A DNA stretch of 63,962 nucleotides, filler included, from Barthelona sp. PAP020 (taxonomy: Eukaryota): NCBI GenBank assembly GCA_040182905.1. It is 4 parts of 4 records of this genome, joined end to end, with 100 filler letters (N's around TTAATTAATTAA, not from the genome) between each part and the next. Parts side by side here need not be neighbours in the genome. Positions count along the whole stretch, not along the records: positions 16,527 to 32,931 come from JARQWU010000261.1; 3 more parts are not named here. One strand, written 5' to 3'. This document shows, one piece after another, positions 19,835-31,187 of this stretch. The notes under the pieces are model-generated. The model made no database searches and was not told the DNA's origin. It was given only the letters and a program-made list of their open reading frames with translations. The first letter of the stretch is position 1. Every line of letters begins with the position of its first letter. The translations under genes were made by a program, and so were the position numbers.

Positions 19835-21646
19835 TTAAAAATCAGGATTTCTCTTTTTGTTTTGTTTTGGCAGTTTATTATTTCTAATGCGTTTGTGTGA
19901 ATTTTGATGATGATGATGATTTCGTTGATTTTCACTAAAAGCTCTGTTCTCTTTATGTTTGTGAGATTTCTTCTTCTTACCTTCATTGAAATTACTGTCG
20001 TGAATAAAATTGGTGTCAATTTCCCTACCTTTGTCAATTGGGTCATTAGCATTGATGGAAGACCAACTTTTTGCCAACTCATACGTGTTATAATATCTTT
20101 CCGAATTTTCTAGAAAGTTCTTGATTGACTCATTTGTTAAATTGAAAGAATCCATCGAAATTTTTAAAGTATTTGAACGTTTTACACTGAAATCAATATC
20201 AACAACTGTGATACGATTTAAAAACGAACAAGAAGAATCAGGAACAACTCTTTGAGACTTTTCTAAAGTTGGTTTAGGATTTGAAGCGACAGAAGAAGAA
20301 AAAGATGGGGGAACAACATGTAAAGCGCTAATCAATGTAGAATATGCATATTTAAATGAACTAATTATGTTACGTATCAAAAAACCTCCCTTAAATATGT
20401 TATTAGTTGGGTCTTCAGGGTCAATCAAAACCATTCTTTCGGGATAATTTTGGTAGTCTTTTTCAACCATGCAAACTTGATCCTTAACTTTTTTCTTTGG
20501 AATGAAGGTTGGTTTACCATTGATAACCGCCATGGCCATATGCTTATAATCAAATCTGTTTCCAAAAAAATCAAAGAAATCAACCAAATATCGAGCAAAT
20601 TTGGTCTGTTCATACATTGAATTGATACGTTTTCCACTCATTTGTTTGGATCGATAAGTATAGGTATGTATCACATAAGGATAAAGATCGTCATAAGTCG
20701 ATAAGAAAAAGATTATTAAAACTGCCACACCATATGAAGAAAGGCCTCCACTGTAAACTTCATTTAAACCTCGACTTTTTAAGAATTGTTTCAAAACCAT
20801 AATTAATGGAAATGCTTCAGGCATAATTTTTAAAGATTCAATTAGGAATTTAGTGGAAGCAGAGCCTGAACTTTGATTAAATGACAAGTCCACTTGTAAC
20901 GTTGATTTTTTTGAGATAAATTTTATGATTGGGACTTTAGCTTTGGTAATTATTTTGATATCTGCTAAAGTAACCATATCAAACTTTAATAACTTCTGTT
21001 GAATCAAATGAAAAATAACAAATGGTGGATATTCAGACCGTTTCAACAATTCAATATAATCTTGAAAAGAAAAATGCGTTAAATATGTGGAATAATCAAT
21101 AGTGAAGTCAGTATCCGCATAAAATTCTGTCATTTCTGACAAAAATTTTGAACTTTTATCAATACACATCTTATCAGTAAATTTTCTTGCTGATTCCTGC
21201 AACAACATCAATAGATCACTATCAATATCACAACACAAATCAATATCTGCATCAGGTAATAAAATACCAGTGGAATTAGATCCATATATTACCATCTTAC
21301 AACTATTGTTTACCAATTCAACTATCTCTTTGTGCATTTGTTTGAAAAAAATATTTTTTTCTTCAATAGTCATTGAAACATTAGATTCACTTTCTAATTT
21401 CATTTCAATTCCCTTGTGAATTAATTTTTCTTCATATTGATATTTTACATGATCACCATACCAAAATAAGCTGTCAACAATTGATTCTTTGATTATTTTT
21501 TCAATCCATCGTGCTTCAATAACTCTTAAAACTTTTTCCTCAGGTTGTTGCGACATATACTCAGCATAATCCATAATTTCTTGAGATAAACTCATCCAAT
21601 TCGAAATATTATTGTGTTTTTTCAACCATGGTGGGTGAAAAAACAT
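19835..21646 (-). CDS. TRF4: Non-canonical poly(A) polymerase, TRF4/TENT4 (PAPD5/7) family
   Basis: YGSNSTG...DADIDL, KAKVPIIKF, VDLSFN, LKSRGLNEVYSGGLSSY and LIDPEDPTNNI. Confidence 0.88.
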   Translation of the reverse strand: MFFHPPWLKKHNNISNWMSLSQEIMDYAEYMSQQPEEKVLRVIEARWIEKIIKESIVDSLFWYGDHVKYQYEEKLIHKGIEMKLESESNVSMTIEEKNIFFKQMHKEIVELVNNSCKMVIYGSNSTGILLPDADIDLCCDIDSDLLMLLQESARKFTDKMCIDKSSKFLSEMTEFYADTDFTIDYSTYLTHFSFQDYIELLKRSEYPPFVIFHLIQQKLLKFDMVTLADIKIITKAKVPIIKFISKKSTLQVDLSFNQSSGSASTKFLIESLKIMPEAFPLIMVLKQFLKSRGLNEVYSGGLSSYGVAVLIIFFLSTYDDLYPYVIHTYTYRSKQMSGKRINSMYEQTKFARYLVDFFDFFGNRFDYKHMAMAVINGKPTFIPKKKVKDQVCMVEKDYQNYPERMVLIDPEDPTNNIFKGGFLIRNIISSFKYAYSTLISALHVVPPSFSSSVASNPKPTLEKSQRVVPDSSCSFLNRITVVDIDFSVKRSNTLKISMDSFNLTNESIKNFLENSERYYNTYELAKSWSSINANDPIDKGREIDTNFIHDSNFNEGKKKKSHKHKENRAFSENQRNHHHHQNSHKRIRNNKLPKQNKKRNPDF

Positions 21647-21879
21647 TGAATTATTTGTTTAAATGAATAAAAAAAATAGAATGAAAGTGTATCAAAAATC
21701 ACAAAGGAGAAACATTCATTTTAATTCAAAATATTTATGTAAAAATCAGTTGTATCTTTTATTACAACATTGAGAAGACTTTCCTTTTTTTTTTCAAACG
21801 AATATTTTTTTGTTTAAATTATATTTAATGAAATTTTGATTCAATAATTCAAATTAAAAATATATTTACAACTTAACAA

Positions 21880-22755
21880 ATGAAACAAGGGTACAATAAG
21901 AAATCAAAATTTTCTCGAAAGAAGAATTACACACCAAATTTATCTTTTGGTGTTCCTGTGGACACTTATACACGAGCAATAAAAACTATTTCATTTCCAA
22001 AGGCCCAAAGAGATTTTGAAAAGGTGGATTTGGATGAAGGACAATTGGCAAATCAAACTGGCCATTTGGAAATACCTAAAATACCCACCAGGAATTTCAA
22101 AGATTGTCTTGGACGCAATACCTCAAACATTAACATTCCTGTGATTGTTCAATCTCCACCTGTTGGATTATATGATTTAAAAGCATCAAAGAAGTATTTT
22201 AACACCAGTTCTTCTTTTTCTTTTGGAAGTGCTCGTAAAAATAACAGTTCAACAATCAGAAAAGAAGACAGGAGTACGTTTTATGAAACTGTTGATTTGA
22301 ATAAAATCAGACCGACAACGAACGGTAATATTGGGATCAATCTCAAAAAAACAGTAGGTCGAGAAAGTATAACCAGCAGCAGTCGAATAAAAAGAAAAAT
22401 TCCCCCTGAACCCAAGCTGAAACCAAAGAATGTTAAAAGCATTGTAAAGAAACAAGAATCAAAAGTTCAAAAAATTCAAAAGTTATTTAAAAAGATGGAC
22501 GCTTTGTTGCTTCAACAAAAGTTACCGAAAAAATTCACCTATGTAGATTACGACAAAAAAATTTCAGACGACGATTTTAAGCATTCGTTATCCAAAAACA
22601 AAGTTGATGAAAAAGAAAAATCAAATTGTGAAGAAGAAGAAGAGAATGTTTTTTTAATCTCTCCAATTAACACCGATTTGTCCAGCATTTATTTGAATAG
22701 AAGAATAGCAACTGACAATTCAAGAAACTATATAGTTTCTGGCGATTTTAATTAA
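21880..22755 (+). CDS. Hypothetical basic protein, possible degenerate PGP/SHIPPO-type repeat
   Basis: ATG-started 291-aa ORF; SPPVGLYD...FSFG resembles one PGPGxY-type unit (weak). Confidence 0.55.
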   Translation: MKQGYNKKSKFSRKKNYTPNLSFGVPVDTYTRAIKTISFPKAQRDFEKVDLDEGQLANQTGHLEIPKIPTRNFKDCLGRNTSNINIPVIVQSPPVGLYDLKASKKYFNTSSSFSFGSARKNNSSTIRKEDRSTFYETVDLNKIRPTTNGNIGINLKKTVGRESITSSSRIKRKIPPEPKLKPKNVKSIVKKQESKVQKIQKLFKKMDALLLQQKLPKKFTYVDYDKKISDDDFKHSLSKNKVDEKEKSNCEEEEENVFLISPINTDLSSIYLNRRIATDNSRNYIVSGDFN

Positions 22756-23004
22756 TTGCAGTTTCACTTCTATTTGTTGTAAACTCCTTTATGTAATTTT
22801 TTTTTTTTTTGCAATTTCAAAAAAAGTATTAATTGGTTGAAATTTTGAGTATAATCTTTTCAACAGAGTGTTCTTTGCAATTTTTGTGAAGTTTAAACCG
22901 TTTTTTTTCAAATATATCTCAAATTCTGTTGATTTTCGTTTATTTGCTTTATAAATAAATGCAGTTTGTTCACAAGCCCATTGTTATTTCTTTTTTTTGA
23001 CGAA

Positions 23005-23405
23005 TTAAATTTTCCGATTCTTCCTTTTTCCCTCGAGGTACGGAACTTTTCCTTAACCTACCCCCAAATTTTTGACCTACCACGGTGAATGCACGAAAAC
23101 TTGCTCAATTAGGATGAATTTTAAAAATATCGGAGCATTAAGCTCTTTTGAGCAATTAGTAACGCAGCAGTTCACATCCTATGTAGGATATAGCTCTCTT
23201 ATGACAGCCTATGAAAAAGTGGAGTCCAAAAAAGAGAGGTTCCATTCAGGAACGTTGGACTGCCTGGCTTCTTATTCAGCGAACGACTGGGAGCATCGAT
23301 GTCTCAGCACCATTTCTTAAGGGTATTGCAAGAGTATGGCTGCGTGGCTTCAGAATAAAGAAGTTAGGATTTTTAAATTTTTCCAAAAACCCCTTGCTTG
23401 ACAAG
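23005..23405 (-). repeat. Decayed interspersed repeat, family A (copy 3)
   Basis: Collinear with 14468-14865 over ~400 nt, roughly two-thirds identical by eye. Confidence 0.7.
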
Positions 23406-23614
23406 TTGCATTTTTTTTTTTTCAAAAACTGTTTTGTTTATTGAGGTTTCATGGGCAGAATAATTCACAACTTTTGAATTCAATTCTTCAACAGCAAGCC
23501 TAAAGTAAATCTGTAATTTGAGAAACCAAAAAAGATATTGCAAACAAAAAAAAAATCATGAACATGTTTTATACACAAAAAAGATAATAACATAATAAAT
23601 AACATTGAAAGAAA

Positions 23615-23866
23615 TTATTTCCAATTGAAAGATGAAACTTCAAGAGTTTGAGTCCAAGGTTGAGAATAAATCATAAGTTCAAAGTCACGACCAGCAACTT
23701 CACCAAGAACATGATAATTCATACCAGAAACAACTTGAGATCTCATAGTCTTATATTGCATTTCTTCTGATTGAGTATGTTGTTGAATAGTAGGCTTAAG
23801 TTCATTAAGAAGTCCTCTAAGATTATCATCAATGGGACCGAATTCAGAGAAACCACCGCAGTTCAT
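23615..23866 (-). CDS. Cystatin (stefin-like cysteine protease inhibitor), 83 aa
   Basis: N-terminal CGG, QVVSG (QxVxG) loop and PW loop; ATG at 23866. Confidence 0.88.
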   Translation of the reverse strand: MNCGGFSEFGPIDDNLRGLLNELKPTIQQHTQSEEMQYKTMRSQVVSGMNYHVLGEVAGRDFELMIYSQPWTQTLEVSSFNWK

Positions 23867-24222
23867 TGTGAGTATGGATTTAATTTTCAAAAAAAGAAAA
23901 ATGAACAAGGAAGTTTCACTTTTTTTCTTTTTTTATTGATTTTAAATAAAAAACATTTACTAGAATAATTTAGGATCTTGAATGAAATTTTCCTTTTTGG
24001 TTTGAAAATTTTCATTTTTTTTTTTGATAATAATTCTGTCAATTGGGTTAAATTTAAGGGCAAAATTGCATGTTGTTACCCAATTTATGATGAAAATTTA
24101 TGATTTTTTCAAATTTTAGAAAAAAAAAGGGAATAATGAAATTTACATTTGGCTATTAAATTCTTAAAGAAAATGATCAACCATATCAATTAATGAACAT
24201 CTAAAATTCCAAAATAAAGGTG

Positions 24223-24894
24223 TTAATGTTGTTTTATTGTCCAATCATACAGTAGACTCAACGGTTCTGTAATTTTGGTTTCTATTTGGGGATTTTTTTT
24301 ATATTTACGTCTTAAATTTGGTGAAAACGGTCTTTCAGCAATGCTAGGCTCAATATTTACATTTACAGGAGATTTGACTTCTTGTTGTCTTGCTCTTCTT
24401 TGTTGAGATAGCAAAAATTGATCATTATTTGAAAATTGAACTTTCTTAGTCCTTGACAAATCAATGATATCATCTTTTTTTACACTTTCACAAATATTTT
24501 TAGCATGTTTTTCCATTATATCACAATATTCATTGAAAGAAGTATTTGTTAGTTTGTTTATTTCAGAAACCAGATATCCTTCATCAGGCTTATCAAAATA
24601 AGGACTGACTTTTATGCCATTGTAATAATTTATAATATTGAAACTGCCTTTTTTGTTTTTATTGACTAAAGTTTTTAATTGATTTTCTTCTATTTTTTCT
24701 GTTTTAAATGCTGCAGATTTCAATAAACGTTCATTTTGTATGTTATAATCAGCAATTGTTAAATGTTGTTTTGTTGTTGTTGGGTGTTTTTGAATATTTT
24801 TTTTTAATTGTGTTTTGTTGGATTTTGGTTTGTTTAGTTCTCGATTTTGTTTTCGCACATCCAAAAATTGAGTAATTTTTGAATTTTGATTCAT
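24223..24894 (-). CDS. Hypothetical basic protein
   Basis: ORF from ATG 24894 (MNQNSKITQF), ~223 aa, K/N-rich; no family recognised. Confidence 0.6.
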   Translation of the reverse strand: MNQNSKITQFLDVRKQNRELNKPKSNKTQLKKNIQKHPTTTKQHLTIADYNIQNERLLKSAAFKTEKIEENQLKTLVNKNKKGSFNIINYYNGIKVSPYFDKPDEGYLVSEINKLTNTSFNEYCDIMEKHAKNICESVKKDDIIDLSRTKKVQFSNNDQFLLSQQRRARQQEVKSPVNVNIEPSIAERPFSPNLRRKYKKNPQIETKITEPLSLLYDWTIKQH

Positions 24895-25100
24895 TTTTTT
24901 CGCTAAAAAAAAATATAGTGATAAAGTATCGTTTTTTTTTTTCAATTCTTAAGTTCTTTCAATTCCATCCGTTTTAATGCAGTACATTGTATCAGTATTA
25001 TTATAAGATAAATACTCATAATAATATTCTACATAACACTTTTTGGCAACATTCTTTTTTTGAATATTTTTTTTTTTGAATTGTTTAAAAATTTTATCAA

Positions 25101-27630
25101 ATGGATGGAATGTTATATACACCTGGTTCGATATTAAGAAACAAACAAACTGTTCCAACTCCATTGAGTCAAAGCAGTTTATTGTCCGTTGATAGGAAGT
25201 TGTCTTCTACCAATCGATCAATGGATTTTTATGCAGAACAAGAAAGTATTACACGTTTACGTGAACAATTAGAAAAAGTGCGTCAATTAAAAATGGAATT
25301 GTTGGAAAGAGATTCAACAATTAATGATTTGAGAAATCGAATTCGAACCATGGATGTTTTAGAACAAGAAAATCGAGAATTAGTTGCTGAATTGAATGGT
25401 TTGCGAGAGCATTTTCAAGTGAAAGAAGCATCTAATGCAGCTTTGTTAACAGATTTGAAAGCCAGATTACAATTAAATGCTCAAAATGAATTGAGACTTA
25501 AGAGACAGGTTCAAGATGTTGAGTCGTCTTCAAAACAATCAATTGAGGTTTATGAAGATGAAAGAAAACAATTTGAGGATAAAGTCAGAAATTATCAAAA
25601 TAGAATTGATGAATTAGAAGAGGAAAATTTGAAACTGTCAGAGCAACTTTTGGATTTCAACAATTTGGCAGGTCAATATGATTTAGTCTTCACTGAGAAT
25701 GAAGAGTTAGTGCAACAAGTAACTTATTTGAAAAAACATATTTCAAAGCTGGAAGGAAATGGTGGTATTGAAGATTTGCAATCTCAATTGAATGAAATCA
25801 ACAAAGAATTGATGAATATATCTTCACATCATGTCATTACGATGGAAAAAGTGGGAAAACTTCAAAATGATGTAGAATACTACAAAGAACAGTTGGCGGA
25901 AAAGGAAGACAGTTTATCTGAAAAGGATAGTGTTTTGAACGATGTTAGAAGTGAGTTAACAGCACAAATCAGTGTAAACAAAGTTTTGGAAGGAAGATTC
26001 AAGGAGTTTAGTAAAGTCAAGGATGAATTGAGTTTGTTAAAAAAGGAATTAGAAGTGAGCAACCGAAGATTAGTTGAAAGTCAAGGAAAAATCTCAAAAA
26101 ATAAGACAGACAGTGAATTTTTGAATCAACAAATTGCCAATTTGCAAGAACAATTGGAAAGTATTAAGATTGTATTCAAGCCTCTAAACAGCAATGAATT
26201 GACTGAAAATGAGGATATTGTTGAAGTTGCCTCGCAAATAGTGAGTGAGCTCATTTCCTCTCAAAGTGATTTGGCTCTTGTAGATGATGAATTGGGTGAT
26301 GTACGTGAAGAATTAAACACTGTAACTGAAGAATTGACAAATACAAAAACTAAATTAAGTGATGCTGAAGAAGAAGTCTTTAATATGAAACAAGAACTCA
26401 AAGAAGCAAAAGAAACATCTGATAGAGCTCAATTAACTATTGATGAATATGAAAGTGTGTTGGATTCATTACTTGACTTTTCAGTAAATGGTTTGGGTGC
26501 CTTAATTGCAAGATTAGACACTTCTGGAAAGCAGCAAATTCCTGATATTACTTTAGAAGGTAATAGCGTACAGGAAAATATTGATTTAGTGCGTTCTATG
26601 TTTGGTGAAGTAAATAAATCGGCAGACCGTTTACAATCGCTTACAACTGAGTATTCTTCTTCTCTAACAACTAAGAGTGAACAAATTCATCAATTGGAAA
26701 AGTCTCATGATGAAATGATTGAAAAATTTGAGAATGTGTTTCAACAATTGAAAAACGAGGCTGTATCACGGATCCAACCTTTAGAAGAACAGAATAGACA
26801 GTTAATCAGTTTGTGTGTATTGCTGTATGCTTGTTGTAATGGTTTCTTGTCTCGTGTCAGTGATTTAGGAGGATATAAAGCGATTTCAGAACATCTATCT
26901 GAACAATTAGGTGTCACAACAAAGAGTTTGAGATTATTAAATCTTGCAATGAATGGTACGGATGTTGGAACAAATATAGACTTGCAAATTTCAACTCCAC
27001 CTTCTAAAATTGATCTTGGAGAATTGTTACCCCAATTACAAATGATTGGTGGCACTTTCATGAAAGATGCTTGTGATTTGATGAATTCTTTAATTAATTC
27101 GGAAGATTCGAATGAAATTTGGGAGTTGTTACCGATTAATTGTTATCAACTGATAGAAGATGTTGAATTGATTGAAAAAATTACTCATTCGTTGAGGTTT
27201 AAACTGAAAAATCCTGTTTTTGCGGTTCCTGATGCATTTAATGAATTAGTACCTGAATTTAAAGATATTCGTGATTCTTTGATTGACTTATTGAGAAAAT
27301 TAGAAAACACTGAGAATGTCAATGCACAATTGCAAGAGGAGCTTCAGAAAGTTGTTGCTATTGAAGAAGAATGTGCAAATATTCACCTGAAATATGACAG
27401 TTTGAAGCAGCTCTCTGATGCTACCAATGAAATGTACACTGCAGATCAAAAGAGACTGAAAGAAACGGAGGAACGTTTGTCTGCTTGTTTAGAGAGGGAA
27501 TTAAGTCTAAGAGCTGAAATAAATAAATTGGTTGAACAGCAAAAGAAAGAGCATTTAGCAAGAGAAGAGTGGGCAAAAACAAGGGTTGAATTTTTGAGTT
27601 TAAGAAAGGCTGCTGAAAATGAATTATCTC
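25101..27630 (+). CDS. Large coiled-coil protein, possibly CCDC171-like; 3' end lies in the N gap
   Basis: >840 aa of heptads; LISLCVLLYACCNGFLSRVSDL resembles the hydrophobic segment of CCDC171. Confidence 0.65.
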
Positions 27631-28048
27631 NNNNNNNNNNNNNNNNNNNNNNNNNNNNNNNNNNNNNNNNNNNNNNNNNNNNNNNNNNNNNNNNNNNNNN
27701 NNNNNNNNNNNNNNNNNNNNNNNNNNNNNNNNNNNNNNNNNNNNNNNNNNNNNNNNNNNNNNNNNNNNNNNNNNNNNNNNNNNNNNNNNNNNNNNNNNNN
27801 NNNNNNNNNNNNNNNNNNNNNNNNNNNNNNNNNNNNNNNNNNNNNNNNNNNNNNNNNNNNNNNNNNNNNNNNNNNNNNNNNNNNNNNNNNNNNNNNNNNN
27901 NNNNNNNNNNNNNNNNNNNNNNNNNNNNNNNNNNNNNNNNNNNNNNNNNNNNNNNNNNNNNNNNNNNNNNNNNNNNNNNNNNNNNNNNNNNNNNNNNNNN
28001 NNNNNNNNNNNNNNNNNNNNNNNNNNNNNNNNNNNNNNNNNNNNNNNN
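27631..28048. other. Intra-scaffold gap (418 N, no spacer motif)
   Basis: Uninterrupted N run, unlike the 100-nt spacers. Confidence 0.95.
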
Positions 28049-28277
28049 AGAGAATAGAAAGAAAATAAAAAAAATTTGCTTGAATTTTAATATGAAAATG
28101 CTGAATAATAATTCAAAGAAACAATTTAACAAATGTTTAAATAAAAAAAAAGAGTAAAATTATTTATAAAAAAACAAAAATCAATAACGAAAGGAATTAT
28201 TGTTCTCTTTACAATTCAAAGTTATACAACCAGAAAAAAAAATGCTAAGACGATCTCGTTCCAAAATAAATTCCAAA

Positions 28278-29732
28278 TCAATCTGTCGAATTGAAATCTA
28301 TTTCATCTGGTTGTTCTTCAGTATTGACTTCATAAGGAGAATTTGGTAAATTATTTAAATTTTGAACATGATGGTTGGGATGCATTTCATTTATTCTATC
28401 AGCATTGGCAACATCTGTAAAATTTCCATTGGTAATTTCCGAACTATCAAAATTATGGCTGTCTGCAATGGGTCCTATTTCAGCCATTTCGGTGTTAGTT
28501 TTCGATATTTGAGATACATGGGCCGCCAATTTCGTATAAGCGATGACTTTTTGCCTCCACATATTTCGTTCTTGCACTGTTCTTTCAAACCCTTCACTGC
28601 GCTTCAACAAAGTCAAAAGAATATGAATGACCGATTCAGCCGCAAAAGGAATTGACCAACTAAACACATCCAAGAAGGAAGGTAACCAATATGGATGAGA
28701 CACATGGTTCAATTGTTTGAATTTAACCTTTTGTTGAGAAACCATTAAAACAGCTCCTTTATTTTTATAGGTATCCATATAATTAGGAGCAGAAAACAAA
28801 GTGATAACAGTGGGAAAATGCAGTTTAGGATGTTGTTTGTGGGTTTTATATCCTTGTTCTTGTGCTTCATGAGCTCGAATGATAGATACAAATTTATTAC
28901 GATCCAAGAAATTCTTAGCAGCGGCAAACCCAAAATAAACTGAACAACCACGTTGAAGATTGTCAGAAAAATCATGTGAAAAATCTGCTGGATCAGCCCA
29001 TAGTAAATCGCACATAGCACCTCTATCTTGTGGCTCTACAAATCTATTGATTTGTTGAATATCTTCAACAGTCTTAACATGTGGACTTAAACCTCCATGA
29101 ACACAAAAAAAATGATTATCAACAACAGCGCATAAAGGTAAGGTTTGGAAAAAATCACAAAAAGCCTCATAAGTATCAATTGAATATTTAACCAAACATT
29201 CTTTTTGAAAATTAAAATAAGCCGACATCTGACGACATTCATGATTTCCTCTTAGCATAATTAATTGTGTTGGATATCTGATCTTTATACATAACAAATA
29301 AATCAAAACTTGAGTAGAAAACATGCCTCTATCAACATAATCTCCTAAAAATAAATATTTCTTTTGAGGAGTGACATCACCACAATTCTCAAAAATATTT
29401 AACAGATCATAATATTGTCCATGAATATCACCACAAATATTGACAGGTCCTGAAACAGTTACGACATTTGGATCTTCTCTAAATAAATTTGCAGCTCTTT
29501 CACATATTGAAATAACATCCGAATCCAATAAAGTTCCTTCTTTTCGTAAATGTTCTTTAACATTTTCTAATATAGGTAAATTATTTGAGTCAAACAACTC
29601 ATTTCCTTGTAACTTTGTTCGAGGATATGGTTCAACTTCAGGAACAACCCTATCAACAAAAGAATGCTGAAATTGAACCCAATTGTTGTAGTTGCCACTA
29701 TTTTCTGACTGTATATTTTCAGGTTGAGGCAT
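28278..29732 (-). CDS. PPP3C: Calcineurin A (PP2B catalytic subunit)
   Basis: GDIHG, GDYVDRG, RGNHE, SAPNY; CnB-binding HPYWLP...FSWSIPF; CaM-binding segment; autoinhibitory DRINE. Confidence 0.95.
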   Translation of the reverse strand: MPQPENIQSENSGNYNNWVQFQHSFVDRVVPEVEPYPRTKLQGNELFDSNNLPILENVKEHLRKEGTLLDSDVISICERAANLFREDPNVVTVSGPVNICGDIHGQYYDLLNIFENCGDVTPQKKYLFLGDYVDRGMFSTQVLIYLLCIKIRYPTQLIMLRGNHECRQMSAYFNFQKECLVKYSIDTYEAFCDFFQTLPLCAVVDNHFFCVHGGLSPHVKTVEDIQQINRFVEPQDRGAMCDLLWADPADFSHDFSDNLQRGCSVYFGFAAAKNFLDRNKFVSIIRAHEAQEQGYKTHKQHPKLHFPTVITLFSAPNYMDTYKNKGAVLMVSQQKVKFKQLNHVSHPYWLPSFLDVFSWSIPFAAESVIHILLTLLKRSEGFERTVQERNMWRQKVIAYTKLAAHVSQISKTNTEMAEIGPIADSHNFDSSEITNGNFTDVANADRINEMHPNHHVQNLNNLPNSPYEVNTEEQPDEIDFNSTD

Positions 29733-29804
29733 TTAAAAAAAAAAAAGAATTTGAAACCACTAAATATTTTTATTTTACAACAGTAAACTAGAAACAATAA
29801 TCAT

Positions 29805-31121
29805 TTATTCATTTAAAGGTTCTCTTTTTGAATTGTATTTGGATAAAATACTTTTTAGTTTTTCAATATTCTCCATATTTTCTGTATTATGTGAAGGAGA
29901 ATAACTATTTTGAATACTTTTAATAAAATTAGAATGTGATTTACTATTAATATGCTTGAAAAATAACGATTCTTCTAAAAAAAATTTTTTACATACAGGA
30001 CACTCTTCTCTGAACTCAAAACGTTCCTTTTTCATAATTAATTGATCTGAAGAATTTGATTGAATGATTTCACAAGTATTTTCCCAATCTTCATCAAAAT
30101 TATTCCAAAATAATTCAATTTCATCAATCACATGTTCTTGACTATTTATAAAATCAAAAGTATCAACTTTTTTAATGGGTAAACCAGAATTTTCAATTCT
30201 TTTTTGGAAAAATTTTCTTTGTTTTTTTATCAAAGTGTTTGTTCTTCTCACAAAATTTTCAAAACATTCATCAAAAAGTTTATTAAAACCAAGACTATAA
30301 AAATCTTCCTTTGTCTTCAAATTTTCAACTGTACACTCTGTCGATGACACTGCTTTAATCAAGGGTAACCATTCTTTCAGTCCTATCGATTGCAGAACTC
30401 CATTTTCAAAATCATACTTCGTTTTTGCGATTTCTTGAACGTTATTCTCCTGAGTTTCCACATACTTTTTATAAAAATCAAACAATTCAAAGAACATTCC
30501 TCTGGAAAGCATTTTTAAACATCTTTTTTCAATCAAATCAAACAGATTTTCGGTATCTATCCAAACAATTCCTGATTTATATCGAACTCTTCGATTTTCA
30601 AACTTTTTCAAATCAAATTCTTCTGCATTGATGTCAGAGAGTGCTAATTCATACACACGAAGCAATTTGCGTCTATCTTCCAACCAATCCTTCCTAATGT
30701 TTGGAAACTTTTCTAATATGTACTTCTTCATTGAATCAACGCTTTCTCCATCAATATTAACATTGTTTTGCAAATATCCTCCATAATAATAATTCCATAT
30801 TAAAGATTCAGCATAATAAAGTGTTCCTCCACAAATTAAAGGCACCTTTCCTTCTGAAATTATGTTGTTAATTTCTTGAATGGCAAATTTTTGAAAATCT
30901 GGAATGGAAAATCGTTCTTCAGGCTTTAGAAAATTAAAAACTCGTTGCTCACAAACTAAATCAAAATCTTGGTTGCAGGAAATCGGTAATCCTTCATATA
31001 ATTGTTGACTATCACAATTTATTATAACTCCACTTAATCTTTGACCAACCAAATCACATAAATCTGTTTTACCAGCTCCTGTTGGACCTATGATAAACAA
31101 TAATTTCTCTTGATTATCCAT
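29805..31121 (-). CDS. TRIT1: tRNA dimethylallyltransferase (MOD5/TRIT1) with C-terminal zinc finger
   Basis: IIGPTGAGKT, INCDSQQLY, CGGTLYY, QSIGLKE; CPVC...HINSKSH finger; ATG at 31121. Confidence 0.92.
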   Translation of the reverse strand: MDNQEKLLFIIGPTGAGKTDLCDLVGQRLSGVIINCDSQQLYEGLPISCNQDFDLVCEQRVFNFLKPEERFSIPDFQKFAIQEINNIISEGKVPLICGGTLYYAESLIWNYYYGGYLQNNVNIDGESVDSMKKYILEKFPNIRKDWLEDRRKLLRVYELALSDINAEEFDLKKFENRRVRYKSGIVWIDTENLFDLIEKRCLKMLSRGMFFELFDFYKKYVETQENNVQEIAKTKYDFENGVLQSIGLKEWLPLIKAVSSTECTVENLKTKEDFYSLGFNKLFDECFENFVRRTNTLIKKQRKFFQKRIENSGLPIKKVDTFDFINSQEHVIDEIELFWNNFDEDWENTCEIIQSNSSDQLIMKKERFEFREECPVCKKFFLEESLFFKHINSKSHSNFIKSIQNSYSPSHNTENMENIEKLKSILSKYNSKREPLNE

Positions 31122-31187
31122 AATATCACAATAAAAAATAAAAAATAAAAATATCAAGAGATAGTTTTATCAAAATAAATCATAAGC

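Noticed and set aside
23072..23444. Two short + strand ORFs as genes
   Set aside because: They lie inside decayed repeat A, and the frames are not preserved in the homologous copy.
28049..28157. C-terminus of the 1018-aa ORF after the gap
   Set aside because: The frame across 418 Ns is arbitrary and the sequence looks like A-rich intergenic DNA.
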